Below are positions 26,881 to 39,921 of a stretch of 64,000 nucleotides of DNA, in pieces. Every line of letters begins with the position of its first letter. The first letter of the stretch is position 1. The notes beneath the pieces were generated by a model. That model had not been told where the DNA came from. It saw only the letters and a list, made by a program, of their open reading frames with translations, and did no database searches. Both the position numbers and the translations under genes were made by a program. This DNA comes from Lama guanicoe (Eukaryota): NCBI GenBank assembly GCA_013239625.1, contig MU053493.1:567793-631792 (forward strand), written 5' to 3'.

Positions 26881-28219
26881 ATCTGTTGTTTTTTTTTTAA
26901 ACAACTAGAAAAAAAGAGTTTTATTTACAATTACCAGCTACATTATATCTGGACCAAAACAAGATATTACACCTTTTCTCCTCAGAGTAAACCCCTCTGA
27001 TCAGATGACAAATAGTCTTTATCAGGTAGGGTGGTTTCTGAAACAAATCTTAACCTATTCTTGTTTTCTTGCTGCCTGTTATGGTAATTATTTATAAACA
27101 TGTCTACTTATTTAGATGGTAAGGCCCTTAAAGAGAGTAACCTAAACTTATAAGCCTTTGCATCCCTATTTCACCCTGTCTAGCACTTTTTTGTTATTGA
27201 ATTATAGTCAGTTACAATGTGCTAACTTCTGGTGTGCAGCACGATGCTCCAACAATAACCTGTTTTAACTCTGATTCTTCTTCCTCTTCTTCTTCCCCTT
27301 CTCCTCCTCCTCCTAGTTTCTAACTGGTGCTACAGTGCCCAAACTGGGGGTGGCATCCCTCCTAGGGCTCCACAAAGCCTCTCTGAATCATAACCTCAAT
27401 GAGGGAGGGAAGATTTGGAGGAAGGGATGATAGGTGGTAAAGCCACGCTGAAATCTGACCAAGGAGTGACTCTGGACGAAATGGCAAAATAGCACAGGAT
27501 GAGACCACAGGCTACCTTTAAAGGAGGAGGAGACTCTCTGGGCAGGGTGCCAATACAAGGGCACAAGTGCCACAGGTTGCACTGTGCACCAAGCTCCAAA
27601 TAGGGTGAGCAGGTGCCACAGGAATTCTAGAGGAAGGAGGACTGCTCAGTTACCCCATATCTCCCTAATCCACTTGTTGCCAGTATGTAGCAACGTTGGC
27701 CTAGATGACACAATTTTCAGAAGACAGCCATTTAAAACATGCACACATAGACCAACATTTGAAGCCAGACTTCAAGGTCATATCCTCACCCTGTGGCAAG
27801 GAAAGGATTCTAGGGATTAGAAGCCTGAAAAGAGGAATGTAGCTGACCAGGCACACAGCTCATATTTCTGCACCCAGAATGTTTTGTTCCCTCTGCTCAG
27901 ACTTCATGAAGCCTGCTGCCATCCTGGACAGTCCCATGTGAGACTCCTGGCACAGGCTCACCCAAAATATTAAATAGGAATCACTCAAATAACTCCATAT
28001 TTCTTCTTTACTCAACATTGAAGTATGTATCCCATAGCTCATTCTAAACCCTTCCTAACACCACAGAGTTGTGGAGAGCAGAGCAACACTTTTACTGCTG
28101 AGTAAGAGTATTACTGAAGTGACAGATCATGAAATGATTATGTCCAATCCTGGGAGCCTTGGCGGACATTCTGCAGGGAGATGCAGATAAAACAGCTCTG
28201 CAGGTGTAAATCAGGGGAA

Positions 28220-28630
28220 AATAAATGGATCTGATAAATTCCTAGGGTCATACGACCTACCAAGATTGAATCATAAGTAGAAAACCTGAACAGACCAATA
28301 ATAAGTAAGATAATTGAATTAATAACCAAAACCTCCCAACAAAGAAAATCCCAGGACCAGATGACTTCATGGGTGAAGTCATTCCAAATCTCCAACTGTG
28401 GATTCAACCAGCTGTGAACTGTGCAGTACTAATGCAGGATTTATTGAAAAATAATGTGTATAAGTGGATTCACAATCAACAACAGTTCAAACTCATGTTG
28501 TTCGAGGGCCAACTGTACCAGTAAACTGAATTCAACAATACATTAAAATGGTCATTTATCATAATCAAGTGACATTTATCCCTGAGATGCAAAGACAGTT
28601 CAACATATGCAAATCAATAAATGTGGCACA
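28220..28630 (+). mobile_element. Old L1 ORF2 fragment with nested MER8/Tigger-like end (28390-28517)
   Basis: 'aatagaaaacctgaacagaccaata'-type L1 motif; Tigger terminus 'gtataagtgga...cagttcaaactcatgttgttcgagggccaactg' followed by TA. Confidence 0.7.
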
Positions 28631-28632
28631 GA

Positions 28633-30908
28633 GATTTCTGGTCAAGATGGCGGAGTGGTAGGACCACGAGCTCACCGCTCCTCATGTCTACAATGAGGCC
28701 ACAACTGACTGCTAAACAACCATTGAAAAAAAGACTGGAACCCAGCAAAAAAGATCTTCTTCAACTGGAAACATTAAGAGGGAACCACAGCAGGATGGTA
28801 GGAGGGGTGTGCTTGTGATACAATTGGGCCCCATACCCCCCGGGTGGGTGACCCTCACACTGAAGAATAACTAAGTGGCAGAGGCCCTCCCACAGGAGTG
28901 AGAGTTCTAAGCCCCACATCAGGCTCCCCAGCTCGGGGTCCTGGCATTGGGAGGAGGCGACCCCAGGACATCTGGGTTTGAAGGCCAGTGGGGCTTAGCT
29001 CCAGGAGCCCACTGGGGCTGGGGGAAACACAGACTTCATTCTCTTGGGAAGTGTACACAGAAACTCACATGCACCAGGTCCAAGGGCAGAGGCAGTGATT
29101 TCATAGGAACCTGGGCCAGACCTGCCTGCTGGTTTTGAAAGCTCTCCTGTGGACATGGGGGATGGCTGCTGGCTCACTCAGGGAACATAAAAGCTGGTGG
29201 TGGACATTCCAGGTGTATTAATATACATGAGTTTCCCTGGAGGCTGACATCTTTTTTGGATCATTAGCACCAAGACCTGGCTCCACCCAACAGACTATAG
29301 TAAAGCCTCAGGCCAATGAACATACTAGGTGGGAACACAGCCCCACCCATCAGGAGACTTCCTAAACCACAAAGGCCTTTAGACATGGCCCTACCCAACA
29401 GAGGCCCAAGATGAAGCTTCACCCAGCAGTGGGCAGGCACCAGCTCCCCCTGCCGGGAAACCTGCATAAGCTGCTAGTTCAGCCTCATCCATCAGGGGCA
29501 GATACCAGAAATAAGAAAACAACAATCTCAAAGCCTGTGGAAGGAATCCATAAACACAGGCCAGACTTTACACTGGGACTGGCTGGACCCTGGCCCTTGG
29601 GTGACAAGAGGAGTGTACTGCTGGGACACATAGGATGGCTCCCACAGAGGGCCACCTCTCCAAGGTCAAGAAACATAACTGCCTAAAAATACAAATAGAA
29701 AGACAGACAATATGAGGTGGCAGAGAAATATCTCCCAGGTTAAGTCACAAGATTACATCCCAGAAGAAAAAATAAGTGATGAGGAGCTAGGCAATTTATC
29801 TGAGAAAGAGTTTAAAGTAATGATGGCAAAGATTGTTCAGAGAACTCAAGAGGAGTACAGATGCACAGAGCAAAGTTTTGACCAAAGAGTTGGAAAATAT
29901 AAAGAATATCCAAATAGAGTTGAATAAAATTACTGAAATGAATAACACACTAGAAGGAACTAAATAGACTAAATGAGGCAGAAGAACAGATCAATGAGCT
30001 AGAAGACAGATTAGTAGAAATCACTACTGCAGAACAGAAAAAAGAATAAAAAGGAATGAGAGTAGTTTAAGAGAACTCTGGGACAACATGAAACACACTA
30101 ATATTCGCATTATAGGGGTCCCAGAAAGAGAAGAGAGAGAGAAAGGACCTGAGAAAATTTCTGGAGAGATAATAACTGAAAACTTCCCCAACTTGGGAAA
30201 GGAAACAGTCACCCAAGTCCTGGAAGCACAGAGAGTACCACACAGGATCAACCAAAAGAAGAACACAGCAAGGCACATAATAATCAAATGAACAAAAATT
30301 AAGGATAAGGAGAAAATATTAAAATTAGCAAGAGAATAGCAACAAATAGCATACAAGGTGACTCCCATAATTTTATCAGCTGATTTTGCTGCAGAAAATA
30401 TACAGTCCAGAAGGGAGTGTCACAATATATTTAAAGTGATGAAAGGAAAAAACTTACAACCAAGAATGTTCTATCCAGCAAGGATCTCATTCAGATTTGA
30501 TGGAGAAATCAAAAGCTTCACAGATAAACAAAAGCTAAAAGAATTCAGCACCACCAGATCAACTTTATAACAAATGTTAAAGGAAATTCTCTAGTCATCA
30601 AACAATAAGAAAAAGAACAAAAAGAAGAAAGAGGCCTACAAAAGATTGCTTTGGCAGTCCAGGTCCTTTTATGGTTCCATATGAATTTTGTAATTGTTTG
30701 TTTTAGTTCTGTGAAGAATGTCACGAGTATTTTGACAGGGGTTGCATTGGATCTGTAGGTTGCTTTCGGTAGTGTTGCCATTTTGATAATGTTGATTCTT
30801 CCAATCCAAGAGCACAAGATATCTTTCCATTTCTTTGTATCATCTTCAATTTCCTTCATCAGTGTTTTATATATATATATATATAAATATATTCCTTCAT
30901 CAGTGTTT

Positions 30909-30948
<40 letters not shown>

Positions 30949-30974
30949 GTGGAATATTTTCAGCCTTAAAAATG

Positions 30975-31011
<37 letters not shown>

Positions 31012-31540
31012 TAAATATATAAATATTTTCAGCCTTAAAAAATAAGAAAATCCCACCATTTGCAACAACATGGAAGACATTGGAGGGAATTTTTTTAAGC
31101 AAAATGACTCAGACAGAAAAATACAGTATGATCTCACTTATATTTGGAATCCAAAAAAGCCAAACTCAGAGAAACAGAAAGTAGGTTGGCCATTGCTATG
31201 GGGTTGAGTAGTTTGGGGAAATGGGGAGATGTTGGTTATAGGGTACAAACACCCAGTTATAAGATGAGCAAGTTCTGGAGACATAACATAGAGAATGGTG
31301 ATCATAGTTAATGATACTGTTCCATATAGTTGAAAGTTGCTGAGACTCAATCTTAAGTGTTCTTACCATACCAGCAACAACAAAAAACTTGTAATTATGT
31401 GTGGTGATGGAAGTGTTAACTAAATTTATTATTGTAATTATTTCCCAATATAAATTGGGAAAATCATCACACCATACACATTAAACTTAACGTGTTTATG
31501 GCTTATGTCAAGTATATCTCAATAAAGCTGGGAAAAAATG
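28633..31540 (+). mobile_element. Rearranged LINE-1: 5'UTR + ORF1 (+), inverted ORF2 piece (-), 3' end (+)
   Basis: YY1 site CAAGATGGCG 28643-28652; ORF1 peptides 'KHTNIRIIGVPEREEREKG' and 'KGKNLQPRMFYPARISF'; minus-strand ORF2 '[19 protein letters not shown]' ~30642-30870; 3'UTR ends 'tatatctcaataaagctgggaaaaaa'. Confidence 0.9.
30866..31022. repeat. (TA)n/(CA)n microsatellite cluster with flanking micro-duplications
   Basis: Runs of TA and CA; 'ttccttcatcagtgtttt' and 'aatattttcagccttaaaa' each occur twice. Confidence 0.9.
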
Positions 31541-31678
31541 CATATGAGCTGGAACATCGCTCATATTTCTCAGATCTGGGAAAAAGTTCCTAGGATTCAG
31601 CTTCGCCTATTTAAATAACTAGAAAACTCAGCACCTCCCACCGCTCAAAGTTCAATTCATTCAAGTTCTTTAGCTATT

Positions 31679-32353
31679 TTTTTCACATTTATTTTTATTT
31701 TTTCAAAACTTTTTCTATTGAGTTATAGTCATTTTACAATGTTGTGTCAAATTCCAGTGTAGAGCACAATTTTTCAGTTATACATGAACATACATATATT
31801 CATTGTCACATTTTTTTCACTGTGAGCTACCACAAAAATGTATATATTTTGCTGTGCTACACAGTGAAATCTTGTTTATCTAGTCTACATTTTGAAATCC
31901 CAGTCTGTCCCTTCCCACCCCCAGCCCCCGTGGCATCCACGAGTTTGTATTCTATGTCTATGAGTCTGTTTCTATTTTGTTTGTTTGTTTGTTTGTTTAG
32001 ATTCCACATATGAGTGATCTCATATGGTATTTTTCTTTTTCTGGCTTACTTCACCTAGAACGACATTCTCCAGGAACATCCATGTTGCTGCAAATGGCGT
32101 TATGTTGTCAGTTTTTATGGCTGAGTAGCATTCCATTGCATAAATATAGCACATCTTCTTTATCCAGTCATCTGTTGATGGACATCTAGGCTGTTTCCGT
32201 GTCTTGGCTATTGTAAATAGTGCTGCTATGAACACTGGGGTGCAGGTGTCTTTTTGAAGTAGGGTTCCTTCTGGTTATATGCCCAGGAGTGGGATTACTG
32301 GGTCACATGGTAAATCTATTCCTAGTCTTTTGAGGAATCTCCATACTGTTTTC
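31679..32353 (-). mobile_element. Young lineage-specific L1, 5'-truncated
   Basis: ORF 32020..32235 is the ORF2 C-terminus; 17-bp TSD 'caagttctttagctatt' at 31662-31678 and 32354-32370. Confidence 0.95.
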
Positions 32354-33119
32354 CAAGTTCTTTAGCTATTGACTCTTAGGGTAGCAGCCTGTCTAAAAGG
32401 AAGGGCACCCTCCAGCCTTTACAAATCTCAGAAATCTACCTTATGTCTCAGTGAAGAGTTTTTGGAGGCCCCTAGAGGGTGGACAAGCCAGCATGGAGTC
32501 CTCGACAGGAACAGGCAGAAGAAGAATGGCAAAGAAGCATCTCCTGATCTCCCACACCTGCGACTCCCCAGTGTGTTCCTTGTACCAAGAAGGCAGCATG
32601 GAGACCAGGAAGATCCTGTAAGCTCTTCCTATGCCTCAAGACTCCCAGGAAATTCCTCCCAGTACTGTGGGTTGCTGTCCAGGATACCCTAGCTGCCCTA
32701 CCCTCTTGCCCAAATCCATTGAGAATGCTCAACACCAACTTTATCCTCAGCACTGAAAAACAAGTGTATTCTCCCCATGTTAAAGAAAACTTCAGTGCTC
32801 TTGGTGAAGCAACCCACCACCCCCTACCTTGGCACAGACTTGTCTGTCTACCCTTTCCAAAGGGGTTGTTACCATGATCTTTCCTTAGGGACCAAATATG
32901 CATCTATGAATTTCAAAATGCTTCCCTCCAGGGGGTCTCAGTTATAAATTTCCAAGTGTGCTCAGCTGGACCAGGCTGCATCACCACACAGCATGTCCTC
33001 ACCAGCACAGCGTGTGGCCCCCAAACCCCTGCCTTGAAAACATTTCCAATAGTTAGCAGCCTGCCCTGGGTAATGAGGCTGACAGTCACTCTGTTCTCAT
33101 AAATTCCCTAAAGATGCTA

Positions 33120-33360
33120 CACCGCCTCCACCAGAGGCTCACGACAGCCACCTAGTTAATCACACGCCCTCGCACAGACGCATTCAGTAGGCAGAGACGC
33201 AGCAGGTACACGGGGACGGGGACAAGGCATCAGCGAGCAAAGTGCGTAAATCTGAGCAGAGTCACGTTTTAGCCCCGTCTCCATGGCAACAGAAAGTAGA
33301 AAACAGGCAATCAAGGATAATAAGCCTCGTGGGCGGGCGGACCTGTAAGAGCGAGTTAAG
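33120..33360. promoter_or_regulatory. Candidate promoter with RFX X-box and GC box
   Basis: Local CpG retention; X-box GTCTCCATGGCAAC 33277-33290; GGGCGGGCGG 33331-33340; GTCACG 33261-33266. Confidence 0.55.
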
Positions 33361-33714
33361 CCCCCATCCTTCCTTTTCTCCTTTTTTTTTCCCACCCCAT
33401 CATTCTCTGGAACATAAACAAGCATTAAGCCCCGGTAAAGAGGGCCCTTCAGGGTTCCATGACGACTGCCCTCCCTCCATCCTGCTCTCCTCCACCAGGC
33501 TGGATGCACCACCTTTCTGCAAAACACCTCCCTTTCAAATAATCTGGTGACAATATGGCCACTTCACAACACCCAATCCCTGAGCCTGAACAGAAGGGGA
33601 TTCTGAGGGTCAGCGACCTGGACAGTGAGGAATGCAGCAAAGACAGGGCATTTAGCAGAATGCGCGAAAACAGAACAATGTTGTTCTTTCTTTATGAGAT
33701 CCCCACCTTTCCCC

Positions 33715-35120
33715 CCACCCAATTATATATTTTGAAAAACATTAAAACCACAGGAAGGTTGAAAGGGTAGTAAGGTAAACCTCTGTAGTATTCTCACTTA
33801 AATTCACCAACTGCAACAGTATGGCGCATTAATAGTCTACCTATCTATCTGCCTATCTACCTACCTACCTATTTATCTAGATATCTATGTGTCTGTATCT
33901 ATGTATCTACCTATTTATCATATTTGTTTTACTACTACAGAAGTATGATGACGTTATCACATCGAAGAAAATTAAGATCAATTCAATAATATTTAATATG
34001 TAGCCCATATTCAGATTTTCTCAGTTGGTCCCCAAAACATCTTTCACAGCTTTTTAATTTCTTTGATCCGGAATGCAAGCAAAGTCAACGCATTGCATGC
34101 AGTTGTTATGTCTCCCTTAATTTATCATGCTTTCCTCCCTTCCACTGAAGCACATACATGCATGCCTTTTAATTTCTTTTTAATGATGCTCTTTTTCAAG
34201 AGTCCAGGACAGTTGTCTTATAGAATGTTCTACATTATGGATTTGTCTGATTTTTATCCCTGAAGATTAGACTCAGGTTGGGTTGCCACACCATCAGGGC
34301 TACCGAATTTGATTACCGCCTCATTGTACAGGAACATTTTTCCCCTTTGGGCTGGATAAGTTATCTGTGGGGTACTGCTTTGAGACCGCATGACTACAAT
34401 GATACTTAAGAGCCTTTCACATGATACTTAAGAGCCTTTCACAAGAGCCTTGACAAATGGTCCTGCCTGAATCAGTTATTATAGTGGGGATTAGAGAATG
34501 TTAATTTTCTGCTTCTGTCACTCCTTGTATAGTTATTAGCAAAAGAAATAAGCTCCTCCCTAAATCTCTTTTTATCTGTCTATATTTTCATCTATTGTCT
34601 ATCATCTTTCTTCCTATCTCTCCATTACTCTATATCTTTATTGAGATAAAATCTAAAACTGGTATATATTTAAAAGGTACAGTTTGATAAGTATTCATAT
34701 ATGTATACACTCAAGAAACGATCACCATAATCAAGATAACATTTTGTCATCCCCCCCAAAATGTCTGTGACCCGTTGTAATATTACTTTCCTCCCTCCAA
34801 TCTCATCAATAGGCAACAGTTGATATGCCTTCTCTCACTGTAGATTAGATTTCACTTTGGGGAATTTTATATACATAAATTCAGCATAATGACTCTGAGA
34901 TTTCTCTATAATTTTGAATGCATCAATAGGTTGTTCTTTTTGTTCCTTTTTAATTGCTGTATCATATTTCACCATCTTTTAAAAATTTTAATTTGAATTG
35001 ATTTTGAATTCATGGAACAATTGCAAAGATAGTAGAAAGAATTTCTGTGTATACTTTCTCCAGCTTCTCCCAATGTTAACATCATATATACCATAGATCA
35101 ACTATCAAAACTAAGACATT
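33715..35120 (-). mobile_element. Patchwork of ancient L1MC/L1ME 3'UTR fragments
   Basis: 'ttttcaagagtccaggacagttgtcttatagaatgttctac...tggatttgtctgat', 'ctttattgagataaaat...aaggtacagtttgataag', 'cagcttctcccaatgttaacatc'. Confidence 0.6.
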
Positions 35121-36362
35121 AGATCCTTTGCCCATTATTTAATTATTTATTGTATTTTATTTTTTTGCTATTGAGTTATTTGAATTCTTAATATGTTTCG
35201 AATATTTCCCCTTGCAAACGTGGTTTGCAAATATTTTCTCCCATTCCATAGGTTGTTTATTCACTTTGTTATTTGTTTCCTCAAAGAAACATAAAAGAGC
35301 CAACAGGTGTATGCTCAGTACCACTAATCATCAAGGAAATGCAGATCAAAACCAAAATGAGATATCACCTCACACCTGTTAGAATGGCTATCATCAAAAA
35401 GACAAGAGACAACAAGTGTTTTTGAAACTATGGAAAAAAGGGAACCCTACTGCACTGTTGGCAGGGATACAAACTGGAACAGCTAATACAGAAATCAGTA
35501 TGGAGACTCCTCTAAAAATTAAAAATAGAACTGGTATATGATCCAACAACCCCACTTCTGAATACATATGCAAACAAAATGAAATCAGTATCTTGAAGAG
35601 ATATCTGCACTCCCATGTTCATAGCACTGTCACAATCACCAAGATATGGAAACAACCAAAGTGTCTAGATACTTAGACATTTAGATTGCTTCTCTCGGAC
35701 ACCCAATTTGACTGACAGACACATTGATGGACACTTAAACATGTAGACTGGTTCGTCTATGTTGTCACAAATGCCATGACTTCTTTTTTAAGGCTGAGTA
35801 GTATTCCACCATGTATTTATCTCTGCGTGTGTGTGTGGGTGTGTTTATACAATGGAATACAATTCAGCCTTTAAAAGGACCATCTACTGTTTGTGACAAA
35901 TGGATAAACCTGGAGGACAGCAAGCCAAGTGAAATAAAGCAGAGACAAAAAGACACATGCTGTATGATTTCACTTACATATGGAATCTAAAAATAGTCAA
36001 GCTTATAAAAGCAAGGAGTAGAATGGTGGTTACCAGGGACTGGGGCATGAAGGAAATGGGAAATGTTGCTCAAAGAGTAGAAAGTTTCAGTTATGCAGGA
36101 TAAGTAAGGTCTTCAGATCTAATGAAAGCATGACAACTACAGTTAATAATACTTCATTGTATACTTGAAATTCACTGAGAGAGCAGATCTGAAGTGTTAC
36201 TGACACACACAAAACATTAGTAACTGTGTGAGATGATGGCTGTGTTAATTAGCTTGATTGAGGTCATCTTTTAAAAATGCATATTACATTAAAACATCAC
36301 ATTGTTCACCTTAAAATATATGCTTTTTATTTGTCAACTAAATCTCAATAAAGCTGGGAAAG
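35121..36362 (+). mobile_element. L1MA-like 3' end with 5' inversion (35121-35282 minus)
   Basis: Minus-strand piece 'gatcctttgccca...tttgcaaatattttctcccattcc' abuts plus-strand 'aaatgcagatcaaaaccaaaatgagatatcacctcacacctgttagaatggc...aatctcaataaagctggg'. Confidence 0.8.
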
Positions 36363-36660
36363 AATCAAAACATTTGCATTGGTACGGAACATTAACTAAG
36401 CTATTCTTTATCCAGACGTCACACGCTTCTGCGCTCATGCTACTTCCCCTGTTCCAGTGTTCTGCTCCCTTATGCCATGTTGTGTTTACTCACCACGTCT
36501 CCATACTCTCCTCCAATTTATGACCGTTTCTCAGTTTTTCTTTCCTCTTAATTACCTCGGCACTTTTGGAGAGTGCTGGTGAGGCATTGTGTACACTGTC
36601 CTTCAATCTGAGTCTATCTGGTGGTTTCCTCCTATTAGACTACGGTTTTATACTTTGGTC

Positions 36661-36746
36661 ATTTTTTTAAATGGAGTGGCTGGGGATTGAACCCAGGACC
36701 CAGAGTGCTAAGCATGCACTCTGCCACTGAGCTATGCCATTCTCCC
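36661..36746 (-). mobile_element. tRNA-derived SINE (camelid Vic-1-like)
   Basis: Reverse complement has A box TAGCTCAGTGG, B box GGTTCAATCC, ...CTCCA and an A tail. Confidence 0.8.
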
Positions 36747-37374
36747 TCTACATTTATACCTTGCAATTCTTTTGTAAATAATTTCTCTACTGTTTATGTG
36801 CGTGTGCAGTCTCTTATTTTAAAACATCAGTATGGACTAGTAGGTATTTATTTTATTCTTTCTCAAAAGGCCTCTTATTTTGTTGTTCAAATTGTCCCAG
36901 GTTTGTTTGGCCACTGGAAGCTTTTCTGGTCTGCTTCTGTGTCCCTGTGACAATCTCCATGTTTTGTTTTGTTTCCTATTTTCTTATTTTCTGGCATTAC
37001 GAGATGCTTCATGCTGATTCTGTATTTTTGCTGCCCCAGATTTAGACTCACCCGAAGCCCTGCTTCCTTTGTTGGCAAGTAATATTTAGAAACTGAGATC
37101 CGGGCATCCTATGTGCTCTTTGCTACTAGGGTGTTGCTGATTCCAGGTCCTCTTAGTGGGCAGAGTCAGAAAAGACAGTGCATGCCCATGCCCCAAAGCT
37201 CTTAGCTTTCCTTCATGAACTTCCATTTGTTTCGTTATTCCATATTTTCAAACAGAGACTGACAGAGTTTAATTTCCCCTTCACAGCATAACCAGTGAGA
37301 GTAATAACATACCTTAAAATAAACTCTTCATGGTTGCATCCAGGTAGACTAAGAAGGGGAACTTAACCACTTAC

Positions 37375-37394
37375 GTGGAGCCATTGGAGAGAGT
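37375..37394 (-). other. Candidate 20-nt micro-exon
   Basis: Minus strand 'tattttttcttacaacacAG|actctctccaatggctccac|GTAAGT', good acceptor and consensus donor. Confidence 0.3.
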
Positions 37395-38799
37395 CTGTGT
37401 TGTAAGAAAAAATATACAATGTGGCTGAGCCAAGAGGGATAAGTGGTCAGGCAGGTCCCCCCATTTTTCCAGCCCATCCCCTGAAACATCCCCCCATTTG
37501 CTGTGAGCTATGAAAACAGCATGATCTGTCACACAGGGACTGGAGCCCAGTGTGGGGGTTCTAGGAAGCCATCCTGGCTTGCCATGTTTTTCTCTCACCA
37601 CATACTCCCAGAAGAGATCACGATTACCTGCTGTTATTCTCAGGGACAAAAGGTGAAAAGTTGGGGATGTGAATCCCAAATGTCTCTAGACAGAACATGT
37701 TTGGAATAGTTGAGCCTTTCCACCTACATGGTGCACAGTGTGTCCTCACCATTTCATTCATGCTTTTTAGTTCTCAAGATCTGTGGGACTTGAAGACCAA
37801 GAGGGAAGGACGCTCGTGGCATCAAAGTCAGGGCATTTTCAGGGATCTTCAGGTGACGTGATTTTCTTTGCTCAGTCGTCCTGATGGGTAAATCTAAGAC
37901 CTTCAGAGCTCTGAAATACAGTTAATCTCCATGACAGGGCTCACATTCTAGAATATTATGGAGTTTCTGCACTTTGGACTTACAGCTGGGACTCCAAGTC
38001 CCAGATCAAGAAGCTGTACATCACTAGGAAAGCAGGTGCAAGACAGTTATTACAGATAGAGGTACCAGCCTCAATACGTATATGCACAATAGGAAATAAC
38101 CCCAGAAGCCATGAGATTTGAGTGTGCATGGGGGGAGGGGCCAGCTGAAGTGGGGGAGAAAACAGAAAGTCAAACAACCTTCCTTACCCACCCACATGTT
38201 GTAATCTAGCAGAAAGGCACAGGTTGAAATGAAAGAGCTGGAGGGACAGGAAAGAGTCCGCTGATGGAAGAAGTTGTCACCTTGCAGAAAGGGCTGCTCT
38301 GTCTGCTCCCTCTCCTCACATCCCCCAACCTGGCTGGACATCACCACTCCTGTTCCCTGAGGGGCCCAACCTGCTCGTGTTTACCCTGGGTACCACATCT
38401 CCCAGACACCATCCTAGACTTAGTTTCCAGTGGTGGCTCAAGCCGCCTCGGACAGCATGGGCTCTCCTCACATCAGTCCAGACTGGAGGGCTGGGCCTGG
38501 CATGAGGGGAGCAGCTGGTGGGGGAAGAGCTCATATTTCTCAGACCAGAAAGGCCATTCCTTAGGTGCTGCTGTTTGGACCGTTTGGCCACCAGGAACCC
38601 TTCTGGCTCTCTGAGGTCTTACCTCACCCCTGGTCAACTTTCAGAGGATTTTCCATTCCTTGTCTTAAATAGATCATGGACAGCTGCTCTTGTCATTTCA
38701 TCATCCATGTTGCTGTACCCCTTGCCAAGCCTCAGTCTCATTGTTAATTTAGACACACCGAGAAACAACGGAGCGTGCTCTGTGAGAACACAGAGTAGG

Positions 38800-38970
38800 C
38801 ATCAAACCCTGACTCTCATCAGCTGTATGACTCTGTAAACCATTTAACCTCTCTGCGCTGTTCTCTCAATGCAAAGCGGGGGAGATAACAACAGTACTAA
38901 TATCACAGGGTGCTGACGGTGTTTAAACGAGTTGTACAAGGTCCTGAGAACAATATCACGCACCTATGAA
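38800..38970 (+). mobile_element. MIR SINE
   Basis: 'cagctgtatgactctg...atttaacctctctg...gcaaagcggggagataacaacagtac...acagggtgctg' matches the MIR core. Confidence 0.7.
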
Positions 38971-39744
38971 CTGTCATGGAAATTCTGGGCATCTACTAAG
39001 ACCTGTCATTGCTCACACCCCACCACCACCCACCACCACCCCCACCAAACCCCAGCACTGTCCAGAATCCTTCCTAGGGGTTGGATCCTGCAGGTTAATG
39101 TGTAGAGGCTAATTAAAAGACACTAAGGACCAGAAGACATTATCCAAAAAGGACAGAAAATTTCCCCAGTTGCATGCAGATACATATTTTGAAGACTCTG
39201 CCTCTCCTGTAAGGTCTCACAAATAATCCTGTGAAGCTGCAGGCAGCTTACATCCAATACCTAAGTCATAAATTGTTAGGGCTTGGATCTTCCTTCAACA
39301 CCCCCAAAGTCAGCTCCAAATCCTAGCTCCTAAGAACAGCTTTAGTTGCAAAGAGCATGCTCAGAAAGAGAAGGAGATGGAGATCAAGATATTTGGGAAC
39401 AAAGCTGACAGGGGGCAATTTTAGCCCCCTATTCATGGTTCTATAATGCCGTTACCTCTAAAACTCCCATATGGCAATGAGTACAAACCGGGGTCACAGA
39501 TACAGTAAAGGTTGCTGTGCTGACCCATGAACACTGCTCTGTTTCCAGTAAGACCCCTCATGTCCCGAAGTATTGCCTCCCCCAACACTTACACTGCTGT
39601 TAGTTGTCTGACACTCATCTTTGCCCTCAACTAACTAACCAAGCAGAAAGAGCAAAACTGTAGGTTTATTCACAATTACATTTACTGTATTGAAATGTTA
39701 AATATTTAGGTCCTACTATTTTCTTTTCTTATTATTGTTATTAT

Positions 39745-39831
39745 TATTTTTTAAATGGAGGTACTGAGGATTGAACCCAGGACCTCCTGCATACTAAGCA
39801 TGAGCTCTACCACTGAGCTACACTCATCGCC
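39745..39831 (-). mobile_element. tRNA-derived SINE (camelid Vic-1-like)
   Basis: Reverse complement GTGTAGCTCAGTGGTAGAGCTCATGCTTAGTATGCAGGAGGTCCTGGGTTCAATCCTCAGTACCTCCA plus A-rich tail. Confidence 0.85.
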
Positions 39832-39918
39832 ACCATCAAGGTATACCCACTCTGCAACTGTGTTCAAGGGTACTGTATTTTGTGCCTTCCAATAACTTTC
39901 ACAAACACACGTGCGTGT

Positions 39919-39921
<3 letters not shown>

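Noticed and set aside
34399..34451. 22-bp tandem duplication (atgatacttaagagcctttcac x2)
   Set aside because: Ordinary slippage duplication within decayed L1 sequence; no functional signal
39756..39831. Functional tRNA gene (also 36661-36746)
   Set aside because: A-rich tail, poor acceptor-stem pairing and two diverged copies indicate a tRNA-derived SINE
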